Origin: Octopus bimaculoides
Taxonomy: Eukaryota
Direction of reading: 5' to 3'
DNA length: 64,000 bases
Assembly (NCBI RefSeq): GCF_001194135.2
Contig: NC_068981.1
Span: forward strand, 149,994,586-150,058,585
A program made the translations under genes and the position numbers. The notes under the pieces were generated by a model. It was not told where the DNA came from, did no database searches, and saw only the letters and a program-made list of their open reading frames with translations. Below, piece after piece: positions 13,503 to 26,092 of this stretch; the stretch's first letter is position 1, and each line of letters starts with the position of its first letter.

Positions 13503-13705
13503 CCACATGGTTCCGGGTTCAGTCACACTGTGTGGCACCTTGGGCAAATGTCTTCCACAATAGCTTCAGGCCGACCAAAGCCTTGTGGATAGATTTGTTT
13601 GGCAGACTGAAACTGAAAGAAGCCCGTCGTATATATATTTGTGTGTGTTTGTCCCCGCACCACTGCTTGACATCTGATGCTGGTGTGTTTACGTCCCCGA
13701 AACTA
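13503..13705 (+). mobile_element. tRNA-derived SINE family A (5' end in gap)
   Basis: CCACATGGTTCCGGGTTCAGTC (B-box-like)...GGCACCTTGGGCAAATGTC...GAAACTGAAAGAAGCCCGTCG. Confidence 0.8.
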
Positions 13706-15113
13706 GTGGTCAAGTAGAGAGAGTATGAGATGAAAAGGAAACGGGATACCAAAAGTGAGGGGTATCGACGAAACAATCAGAGAAAACCAAACATAAAGGG
13801 TGAAGAGAAAGGCAGAGAATGGGGAGGAGGAAAGGGTCGTAAAAAGAGAGGAAGAGTAGGGATATGTCAAAGGAGAGGAATGGTAGAGAAGGTTACAGAA
13901 AAAAAACGATAAGAAGATAAGAGTGTGGAGAGAGAGAAGAGCAAAAGATGGACAGTATATAGTCGCACATACACACCACCGGTCCATTAGAATGTGTACA
14001 TATTCGATTCGAATCTTTTTGTTTTATCTCGTTTCATTTTGCGATATCCCCATAATGCGATAATTACAACGTCGCATACAATAAACGAGAATTTTAAATA
14101 CTGTGATTGTCGTCCAATGAACAAAACGATGTTCTCTAAACCAGATACTTAAGCTTGAATACTTAAATACACGTGAATATATATATATATATATATATAT
14201 ATAGCATGTATTCAAAGAACAGAAGGGCATGTTATTGTAGATACTATGAAATTTAATAGTCCTGATTGTTATGTCCTCACATCAGTTAATGGACTTCTTT
14301 ATAATAAATCAATCTAAAATAGTCCATAAATTAGTTACATTGTTGAAAGATATCGGTCAATGCCTTCTCCGGTTAACAACACTTCATGTTATTAATAAGA
14401 CTTTCAGCTGCCGTCGTTTATGCGATGAAAATCCACAACTTTACAATCAACAAATTATCACCGCTTGCTTTTAACAATTTAACATTAACAGCCATTTTTC
14501 TGTATTGTTTTGATTTATTGTATCACTTATTTATTAAGAAATGGATGTATTCTGAAATTATCCAGGAAATTAATGTTTCCACTGTAATGAGGAATGTTCT
14601 GATGTAACGATTAATTGGTGTATTGATATCATTGGTTCAAAAAAAAAAGAAGGCTCAGTATATTTGTAACTACAAAACAATTCAATGGTGTCCATAAGGA
14701 TGATAAATCACATCACACTGCTATGCAGTATTATGTTCTTAGTAGAAACCTCAGTTAATTTGCCCCAGATTTTTCATGGTATAAACTAAAAGGATTTGAT
14801 ATAGCTATGCTCCAAACATTAATTTAATCAATCGATTGTATATGATTATACAAATACTAACTTTGATACATTTATGTATATGGTGTATAGGAGTTTATTG
14901 TGAATGATGCTGATTTCTTTATTTGTGCATGATTCGGTGATATACTATACTAAATCAACTATTACTCGTACATTGTCACGATAGTACTCTTAGTCTAATA
15001 AGATATATCACCATGCAAGAAGAACCTGTCTATACTGGCTTTAAAGTAAATCGAATTGCAATAAACTAAACAAAATATTAAAACATTAGATTTTTAACTT
15101 TCAACTGTTGATA

Positions 15114-15336
15114 TAACCCTTTAACACTTAAACCGACCATATCTGGCCCAAAAGTTTTACGTGTTTTATGAACAAACTGGGTAGATCTGGCCTTTCATAC
15201 TTACTCTAGAATGTCATTCTAAAAACAAACAATCACATCAAAATCCTGAATCTATAAGATGATGTATGATTAATTGAAACAATGTGAATAAAAAACTTTA
15301 CATGTTTGCTGAGTATTCTGTATGATCAGGGGTTAA
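15114..15336. mobile_element. piggyBac-type (TTAA-CCC...GGG-TTAA) MITE
   Basis: Left end (A)TAACCCTT, right end AGGGGTTAA, about 220 bp, non-coding. Confidence 0.5.
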
Positions 15337-18300
15337 ATATTGTCTGTAATCTATTAAAAGAATTTGAACTCATATCTACTGAAAATCCTAATATACGTAT
15401 AATACTTCTTTGCTTATAGTGTTAAATTGGACATTCCATTGGCATATATTTACAACAAACTAAATTAGCAAGCAAGGGATATAAACACATTTTATGGCAA
15501 CGACAGATTATAATAGAGTTTGGAAATTATTACGACTCCCACACCAACCCACGCGTTTTATTGTATTAAATTATACATTTGCATATATTTACACCTAGCT
15601 AAATTAAGCTATCAAGAGATATAAGAACAATTTACAGGACTGCTGGAATGCAACGTGTGGATATTTGATATTATTACAACTCCCACGCACACCCACACGT
15701 TTTCACCATTTACTTCTCTTCTATAAAAACACGTTTCGGTTATATTACACTAATTTTCCTTTTATATGTGATAATAGAGTGTCCCCTTAATGCTTGCACA
15801 GCACGACACAATAGTTTAAGCATTAATGTGCTAGTTACACCCTTTACAAGCAAACTGAATTAACAAAGTCCACATTAAGTACAGTCCTTCATCAAATATG
15901 ACGTCTATTGCAACACAATTCTAGCTGCCACTAATTACATGCAAAACAAATATTTGTCTCTGCTCAAACTGCCTGCCAATCATTCAAGCGCACTCACACA
16001 TTAAGAAATACGAGTAAAGTATACTCATCAACTATAAATAATTCATCCTTCAGCATAATGCATACATCAATATAAAATAATTAGAGAACCCCCAAAGAAA
16101 CATATTTCGGCAAAAAATTACTATAACAAAAAAAAAAAAAACTGATACGCTACGAAGAAGCCAGAAAAGATTGCTCAAAAAGAAAGAAAAAACAGAATAG
16201 AATTACACCTCATAAATATATACGAAGAAACATGAAGAAAAAACAAACAAGGATATAACATATGTTTATACAGTCGAAATGATAAACCAAACAATGAATT
16301 CCAATGTATAATAAATTTGACACCATCATCATCTCTGCACGACTTCCTCATAGCAATGACAGAAAGTGAATACTGTTGTTAAGTACGATAGTGAAATTAC
16401 CCAGATAAAGACTCAAAAAGAAAGAAGGAAAACTAGAAAATGCCATAAATGTAATTTCCATTTAAAGCACTCTTTATTCTTAAAGTATCATCCACTTTCT
16501 TAATCAGTATTCACCAATAAGCATAGTAGCTATCGCTCTGTTGGCCCGAAACATCAAAATTTCTACTCTCCTCGTGGTATACGATTGCATACTTTAAAAA
16601 ATGATTGTTTGTCGATTCAGGTCATTACTAGTGCCCTAACCTTCTTTTTGGTTTTGATTATTGCATATAACATACATCTTTCCACCTATCTCTGTTGGTT
16701 TCTTTCTTTCTCTTTTTTTGTTTTTTTTTTTTAATGCATCTAATTTTCAGGGAATTTAGAAAATATCTATGTACCCGTTTCGCAATTACCAGTAAGAAAC
16801 AGTATAGCACGGAGTGACAAAGTTGAAATTTGTAATTACAGACACGCTTTTTTCAACGCTAATTCATACACAAGATTCAGTCGACCCGAAATTATTGCAG
16901 AGTCATTTGCCTAAGATGCCATGCAGTGGCACAATCCATGTTACACGTGTCATTAAATGGATTAGGTTGCTACTTCTAGCAGATTAAGAGACTACTTTGA
17001 GAGCCTATTATTTGTATCATTAACTTATAAAAAGTTCAGTTATCAAGAGTATTGTGTAGAATTTGTAAACTGATATAAATTGTTTTACGGTTGATATGAT
17101 TGAGGCATAGTGTCCTAACTGTTCGGTCTCACTGACAACCGAGATCATTATACTATCAATCATTGTATTTATATATATANNNNNNNNNNNNNNNNNNNNN
17201 NNNNNNNNNNNNNNNNNNNNNNNNNNNNNNNNNNNNNNNNNNNNNNNNNNNNNNNNNNNNTATATATAGGTGAATTTACCCTAATACTACTTATACAACT
17301 AAAATTAAACGTAGTGCCATCAACACCTAGTACATGATGAGAGTTGATAACCTGGAATAGCAGATATTGTAGACATCTACTGTCTTACGCTGCAAAATCT
17401 AAAAACATTTTGTTTCAAAACAAACCAGATCTACAAGCAATTATCTATCATTTTTACAGTACGTTGGTTTTTCTAAAAGCGACAAAGAATCGTTACAGCT
17501 ATAGGGTATCCAGGGAGATGAATATCTGAATTTTTTTGAAAACTTTTCTTCGTTCTTTATGGGTATGAGAGCCTAGATCTGTGTAAGTGTGTGTGTGTGT
17601 GTGTGTGTGTTTGTGTGACACTCACCCACCCATGCGCGTTTGTTTCACCAAAAATACACCCTGTGATTAATCGACGAACTCGAAATAGCAGCGAAGTTTT
17701 CCACAAATCATATACCTTACTTTAAAAACAAGAAAAAGCATATATGCAGACAGTCACATGTGTGTATGCATGCGTGTGGGCGTGTGTGTGTGTGTGTGTA
17801 TTTATATATTTCTGTTATTGCTTGCAATATATCCACTACCATTTCGCTTTATTTATAAAAGTATGTCTACGTATATTTAGTTTTCTTTTCTAAATGTGTA
17901 CATACAATTAACCTTACATGTTTGTGTACATCACCGTCTGTAGCTTTGTGTGTTAGTATTCATTTGTGAGAGTTGTGTGCAAATATGCATGTAGACCTAT
18001 GTTGTTATATATGTGCATCTATTCAAATGCAACAGAAAAGTGAATCAGTGAAAATTTCTTCAGAATGATGTTTCATTCAAATAAAACGACCAGATAATCG
18101 CAATTTCAACAGGTGACTGTTACACTCTTGTAAAGAATACGTGAATAGTATACTTTCAGCTTATAATAGAAAGAAATTCAATTTCCCGTATGGTGTTCAT
18201 GTAATTGTTTTGTGTTGTAGCTGTTGCTGCTACTGCAATATTTATTGTTTGGTAAAAGAGTTTCACAAACAAAGGTAGATAAATTAGTGAGCATGACAGG

Positions 18301-21300
18301 TTTGTGATTTTCATTTAGTGTTAATGTTCTGAAGTATAATACAGTAGCGTAGATGTAGTTTGGTAACACAATATTAGAGTGTTGCTGAGTACTCTTTGAA
18401 GTTTGTTCTAATATGTCATCTATCATGTTGGTGTTAATCTATTTTGCAAGGATGCAACCAAATTTCTATATTAACTATTTGATTTGTTACTTTAAAAGCA
18501 ATTATGTGATTTCGTCTGACAGTGAATGGACGTTGGAACATTGATCAAAATGTTACTGAAGAGACTCGATTTACTCTAACAGTTTACATCTCTAAATCCA
18601 GAACAGGCTAAAAGGCAATCGGATGCAAAATTACTAAAACACCATCTACATGAAAATCAAAACCCAAGTTGGAATGTTCAAAGTATGGAACATTCATCAA
18701 AAATCCACCATGAAATAATGCAGTGAAGAAAATTGATAATAGCTAAAGAATGATATATTATTTCTATAAGTAGAGGACACAAAACCAGACGTGTTTGAAT
18801 CTTATTCTGATCTCATTAGCGAAGAGTAAACTTCTGAGATCTATCGGAATAATGATATTACAATCATTAGATAAAGATATTAGAATGTATACTGGTCGGT
18901 ATACATAACTGAACACATTGCACTAACTGTGCGGGCATTCAAACATCAGAAATACCCAGTATTTTATTATTGTTACTCATTCTGACAAATGGATAATTCT
19001 CCGTAGTACTTTAATGTTTAAGTGAAAAAACACTTTTCCAAGAAGATATTTTTGCATTTATTCTCTTTGAAGAAATATTTCTTTTTTTTTTATTGCTTTT
19101 GCGGTAGATTTTATGCTGCATAATTTTATGACTTATTGTACAACATGAACACTTGAACCTTTTCTCAAATACTAACAGAAATATGAGGCGTTTCCTAAAT
19201 AACAGTAGAAAGTAGTTCGCTTTAAGAATAGGGATCAAAGAAACAATTTAGCTGTAATCTTTACATACTACTTTGAATGCGTGATATTAGTAGCAAACGG
19301 TGTCATTTGGGATGCATATAGACTCAGAGGTTTTAACGTTTTAAAGAGCATAAGTATGCTTAATGTTCTGGGCTCTCTAGAAACATTCCTTGATGAAGAG
19401 GTATTTCGCGAATTGAAAAGCACATTTCAGCTGTTCCCTTTATACACTATCTTTCTCTGCAACGTGAGCATTGTTTTGACATAGAATTCAATGTTGACAA
19501 TATATTCATGTCACAATCAAGACTCGGATCATAGTAAAAAAAAAAACTATTCTTTTGAGGTGAACGCTGGCAAGATTGGCTTATCTTGTCTACTTTAAGG
19601 CAATGTTGCTATTCAGGCTCAGATACATGCTCGCGACAATCGTTTCACACATTGTGCCTTCTTCGAGCCTTTGCTATATGTGTTCTGGTCTAATACAATG
19701 TGTGTGTGAAGGAAAAAAAAAGTGCGAGAGGTATTTGAGAGTTAAATCAAACAACTCTAATCGAGCAATGCATGTGTGTGTGCACGCGCGCGCGCGTGTG
19801 CATGTGTGTGCAGTCGATTGTCGCCTGCTACGATGAATGCGTGTACTTTTATGCGCCAAGCGCCTATAAGAAAGCATCTCTCAAAGCTAATAACGCAGCA
19901 TTCGGTGTTCTCACAAGATATCTATGTTAAGTTGAATGCAAAAATTACCTTTTAGTATTAATACTGCTTTCGTCATTAGTAATTAATATTTAATGTGCCT
20001 GCTGTCTGTTTATGACATCAGTGTCTGAAAAGATGCTGGTAGTCTCTATATTAAGGCAACGAGATTTTACTGACATGCTTGGCAATGATGAGATCCAGTA
20101 AATCGAAATCATGCGAATTGGAAATTCCGGCACCTATGACAGACAACTCTTATCTGCTACGATCTATGCGTGTGCTTCTATGCACCAAACTCCTATAAGA
20201 GAGGATCCCCCAAAGACTAATAACACAGTATTCGGTGCTTTAACAAGGCATCCATGTTAAGTTGGATAATAAAGACTAACTTTTGGTAATTCGTCTCTTT
20301 AAAAGTGTGGTACGTAAATATATCACTCCAGCAAAATGTGAAGAAGCTACTGAGAATATTTGTCTTTTATATATACCAAGAGAAGGAAGATAATTTTCTG
20401 AAATCGTGTTCTGACTTTGTTGTAGTGTTTTTAACGCATTTAGAAAAGGTCATTTGCTTAGCTGACATAGTCTTGGTATAGTAGTTAACGTTTGTAAAGA
20501 CTACATTTTTTTCAAAGTCAAATATGTTGTAAGTATTACTCATTGTACCCCACCAATATGTAAGATGATGGGCTGAAATGTTCGTAGGCTGGCTATGGAT
20601 GTGTGACGCCAAATATGTGATATTTTGTGTGCCTTAATTTCTACTTTTATTCATAACTGCTGCATTTTTTTCGTTTCTCTATTGCTGGTCCTTTTATTCT
20701 TCTTTTATAATTTCTTTGCATCTGAGATGATTATAGAAATGTAAATTGAACCACAGGGAACATGTCACAGAAAATAATATAAGAAAATATTTAAAATATG
20801 CTTAAAGCATTGTTTTATTTAAGTCACTGAATAAATTGTGATATTTTTACGTTCAACTAACATACACTGAGTTGTCATTCTATACAAACCATACATTATC
20901 AATTATCAAGAAATAGAAAAAAATATTTGTTAAATCGATTAAACTATTATTTATATTATTTAAATGAAATTTGACAATTGTTTCATGTGACTACATTTGT
21001 GTTTGGTCCTGAGCAAAGATTGTTACATTTCTCTTGTGATATTATTTTTGTTCACCTGCAAGTCGACTCCAGTACTTGACTATTACATTAATTTATCGGC
21101 CACAAAAGAAGGGATTGTAAAACTGAGATTGCCGAGAATTAAACTTAGAATATAATGGAATGTAAATAGCAGGAAACATTTTATCTGTTCTAATGAAAAC
21201 TTGAGCTGATCTACAACCAAAATTATTCCAACCATGGTCGTTCCAAGTTATTTTCTTCTTTTGTTTTCAGCAGGCATACTGAACACTGAACAACATTATT

Positions 21301-22161
21301 CAATATATCTGCCATATCATATATACATATATATATAGATAATTTGAAGAAAGATTTGAATGCTACTTCAGACAGAGAGATCACTTGATATGATCGAAAT
21401 ACCATCCAAGTGATAAGTGGTTTCTTCTTCGAATCGTCGGTTGTACTGCATAGATTTTAGTTACAGGGGTTTGATTATAAAACAATCGTTTCTAAATTTA
21501 TCTGAAACAAAGCAAACTCAGCCTACTGTTACTTATCGCGAAATTCCTTCAGCTATACATTGGGCATTGTCGTCCTATCTAACCAAATCAAGAAAGAGTC
21601 AAGTCCAGAATATCTATGGTAGCCGATTTCCTTCAAGAGGTCTAGCCTGGTCAGTCAGTGTTGACCAAAGCTAAATAATTGCAACAACCATCACAAGCCA
21701 TCAGAATCCTCTGATTTGAGGCTCAGTTTTTTCAGTGTTAACAGGCAAAAAGATTTATTTACGTAATACCCTATCATTTACAATCAGATCCCTTTTAGGT
21801 AAAAAGTCGAGAAGAGACCCATTTATGCTATGAACTGCAACGAAATTTCACTCACGCATATTACACACTAATTCCATAAGAAAGGCAGTATATGTTTAGT
21901 TCTTACAAAATGGCAGCATGTCCATTGCTATAACACCATGATAGAATCTTCCGAGCAAGGGTTAAACAACGAGAAATTTGAAAAACTTTACAATGAAGCA
22001 CATTTATAATTGCAATATTATAAATATATATGCACCTATTATTTTGTATCCTCGAACAAAGAGTTTGACATTGACATTTTTTTCTGTAGTTTTAATATCT
22101 TTCCTGTGTATAACTCTGGAAGATGTACACTGGATAAATACTTATTCACTATACTCTAGAT

Positions 22162-22456
22162 CAGGGGTTTTCAAACTGGGGTCCGCGGACGGCAGGGGGT
22201 CCGCAAGGACAAGATAGGGGGTCCGTCGACAGCAAATACTTTTTTATGGGCAATTTGATTTTATATATGTTTTTTAATCGAAATCTTTTAATTGACAATA
22301 AACTTATTTGTTAAATACTGGTAAGTAAATAGATGTAAAAATATGTTATTTCAAGCAAATATTTATGTATAAATTTCATAAGCGTTTATAAGGGGGTCCT
22401 AAGGTAAAGCCTGAAATATAAAGGGGTCCGCAAGTCAAAAAGTTTGAAAACCCCTG
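22162..22456. mobile_element. hAT-superfamily MITE, 295 bp
   Basis: Perfect 16-bp TIRs CAGGGGTTTTCAAACT/AGTTTGAAAACCCCTG. Perfect 8-bp TSD CTCTAGAT at 22154-22161 and 22457-22464. Repeated GGGGTCCGC subterminal motifs. Confidence 0.95.
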
Positions 22457-22889
22457 CTCTAGATATAAATCAAGATGTTTTTCTTTGTTTCATTCGCCCT
22501 TTGCTACTCAAAAATTTCGCAAATTTTACTAACTACATAGAAATATCTCAAGTTAAATCGTAGGGGAAAGTCATTTTAGTTAATCATATCCTTTGAATCC
22601 CACACTCCTTTAAGATACCGAGTTCAGCTTTTGTCCAATTAGAGATTGCTAGACTGCAGAATACAACAACGATGAAGCGATGTGTAAACTATAAGAAATA
22701 ATGTTGCTAAATTTTTGTTCCGCATTGAATTACTCATAGATTAGATAGTAAACAACTAATATACAGCACAGTGGGATGGGAAACTTATTAAACAGAAGTA
22801 CATGATATTCATTCTTAAGGCTGGAAACAACACAAAAGTTAAAAGTCCAATGATCAAACACCAGCGAAATATATGAGATATTAAAATGC

Positions 22890-22930
22890 GCGCGCACGCA
22901 CACACACACACACACACATACACACACACA

Positions 22931-22983
<53 letters not shown>
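22890..22983. repeat. (CA)n microsatellite
   Basis: Directly visible. Confidence 0.95.
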
Positions 22984-22988
<5 letters not shown>

Positions 22989-22999
22989 GGACTATCGAC

Positions 23000-23480
23000 A
23001 CAAAGGGTGGTAGACAACATGAGACGAACAAGTTTTAACAAATGCTCTATTGCCTAAATGCTTATAAACAACGGTAAGAGTAATTACGTGTAGGACATTA
23101 GACTTTCATCTGAAGATTTTATATGAGGACAAGATAAGGCAGGAAAGTGAATGAGATGTTTTTCTTGGAAGTGAGGAGGGATGAGGTGTGTACAAATTGG
23201 AGTTTGTCCCTGTATTGATATGAACATAGGGGGAATATGTATATGAGTAGGGGTGTGCAAGAGTCGTAGAATGGTGGTATGGAATATTAGGAGCGTGGAT
23301 GAAGAAAGCATAGAAGTAATCGTGTTGTGTGTGAAGTGAGATGACAGCAGGTGCGAGTATGAGGTAAAAGAGGGGACATGAAAATGTGAATGGTGTAGTA
23401 GAAAGAATGTCTGTGGTGGTGGGTGGGTGTAACGGTATGGATATGAGAAATCAGAGTATAGAGGAGAAAATAGAGAAAGA
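23000..23480 (-). mobile_element. Probable decayed Penelope-like terminal region
   Basis: Long pyrimidine-rich minus-strand tract ending in a degenerate hammerhead-like motif CAGATGA-A-AGTC-TAAT-GTCC-TACA-CGTA (23082-23112). Similar layout to 50700-51480. Confidence 0.35.
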
Positions 23481-23724
23481 AAAAAAGAAATTATTTTTCT
23501 TCGTTTTACATCCATATGAAAGATATTTCTCAATTTTAACATTTGCATTGCCTTTCGTTTTCTACATTCCAACGATGAAGGAGGTAGATTTATACCTTCC
23601 TTGCAGGAAGATTTCAATCAATTAAAAATAGATGAGAGCACAAACACGTATACAAATTAATATCTTAAACGGTAGAAGTAAGATAGTGGCACAAGAACCG
23701 AGACTTCTGTGAATGCTGCTTATC

Positions 23725-23769
<45 letters not shown>

Positions 23770-23804
23770 ACACACACATACACACACACACACATACACA
23801 CACG

Positions 23805-23858
<54 letters not shown>

Positions 23859-25410
23859 TAAAATCATTTTTGGATTGTTCGTGAACAATTTGAATAGGAG
23901 AATCATGTGAAGAATGCATACTCTGCCCATTAATCAGTTAACGACATAAATTTACCAAACACGCATTCATTTATTCTTTCAGTGAAACATAGACATACTC
24001 ACATAAGCACAAATAATAGATCACCCTCAATTTCGATGAGAAGTAATTAATTATTCTAAACAATGATTATTCCTCATTGGACGAGTATATAAGGGCTAGA
24101 AAAATAATTTTAGCCAAACTAGCAAGACACATTAATAAACACGGAATATTTGACTAAAACGAATTTTCAGACAGTTTCTGCTGATCCAATTTCACACAGT
24201 TTGTGTCGAGCCGCAGTTCTGGTAACGACATTAGCTAAGCTTCTACGCAGTGGTATTCATCAGAAGATATCGTAATTGCGATATTTGGTCATATGTCATA
24301 TTGAAGCTCAATACTTATTAGTAAAGTATACATTAACTTTTCCACGAAAAATACGGACAATGACTTAGAATTTCGATTTGCTCATCTTTATCGGACTGGG
24401 CTATACACGGGTTATTTTTGCCATGATATAGACATAATGCGATAATAGTTACCTGGATATTGTTGAAACAATTGTCAACCATGAAACACATACATACATA
24501 AACTATGCTCTTAGTTCTTGGTACTATTTGTGCATCCCTAGCCCAAAATGTATGCATCGCATACAGCGCTGGATTGGTATTTGATATATTCTGGAAGGAT
24601 ATATGGAGATATATTTGTTACATACCTGTGTTTAAAAGGGCATGTATACAAGAAACGTTATTGCTGAGATTGGGAAAGAGAGTATTTAGGCAGACATTTT
24701 CTGAGGGTATTATAATTTGTAACTGTAGAACTTTAGGAAATTGTAACAGAGTTTGTTGACTGATAAGATATGTTGTATGTTGTTTGTAACGGAAGAGCAA
24801 CGAGAAAGATGAGAGAGAGAGATTACTGTTTTTCAGCGCGAAAATGTTATCTTTGAAATGTCGTAGAACTTTAAAGATACTTAGTTTGCAAGTAGAGACA
24901 AACTAAGAGTTATAGTTCAGCATTTAGATCTAAAACAAAAGCAGACTTTGTTAAATGTAAAGGTAGAGAGATGGAAGGGCTTGTTTCTGCTTTGTATGGT
25001 TCTGTACGGAGCAATATTTTCAAATTAATGTTAAATGAGTATGTGTAGATCATATGTATGCATGCATCATAATACATAAGTATATCACCGCGTTCGCTTC
25101 ATCAAAGTCACATGTACATTACGCTACTGAATACAATAGCCATATTAATGCTCATATGAAGGTCACTGGACAAAAAGGCCAATCCAAGGAACATAATCAT
25201 AAAGGGTTTAAGGGTTTGTATTGTTCTATCTGTTTGTTAATTTCAATGCATTTTTCCAATCCATGATATCCGTTCCGGTTTTGTTTTTCTCGTGTTTGAG
25301 ACCAGTTGTAGCACTTTCAGGTCACCAATAGCAAAGAGCCTGAGCTATCATTTTCCTTTGGAGCCATACCCGAAGATATTGATTGATTTTCATCTCAATT
25401 TCATAAGATT

Positions 25411-26092
25411 ATATATATATATATATGACTATAAATATAAATATTGTTAGGTGCACTTTTTGATTTTGTCACATACACATCGTGCGATTTGAGTGCAATA
25501 CCCAAACCACTTGGCCACACGCTTTCCCACGTACGCACACGCGCGTGTCTGCTTTAAACTAAAGTATCTAAATCCCCACTAAAATACATTTATTATACGC
25601 ACAATGAATTTGTTAATCTGTTGTCTAATTTTCTTAATTATACTTCGGGCTTCCATATTCCATATATATGTATGTGTATGAGAGGGATAACTTCCCTTGG
25701 CAAAACAAACAGGACACAGAAGTGTGTCGATAAGCCAGCTGGGGGAGATGTCCTCCTGGGGCTAAAAGCAACAGTAACATCCACCCCTAGGGGTCAGCCA
25801 CATTTAAGTGGCAATATACTTCACTTTATATATATATATATATGACTATAAATATAAATATTGTTAGGTGCACTTTTTGATTTTGTCACATACACATCGT
25901 GCGATTTGAGTGCAATACCCAAACCACTTGGCCACACGCTTTCCCACGTACGCACACGCGCGTGTCTGCTTTAAACTAAAGTATCTAAATCCCCACTAAA
26001 ATACATTTATTATACGCACAATGAATTTGTTAATCTGTTGTCTAATTTTCTTAATTATACTTCGGGCTTCCATATTCCATATATATGTATGT
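25411..26092 (+). repeat. Identical ~265-bp direct duplication (25411-25675 / 25828-26092) around a ~150-bp unique spacer
   Basis: Base-by-base identity at offset 417 over the compared length. Confidence 0.95.
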
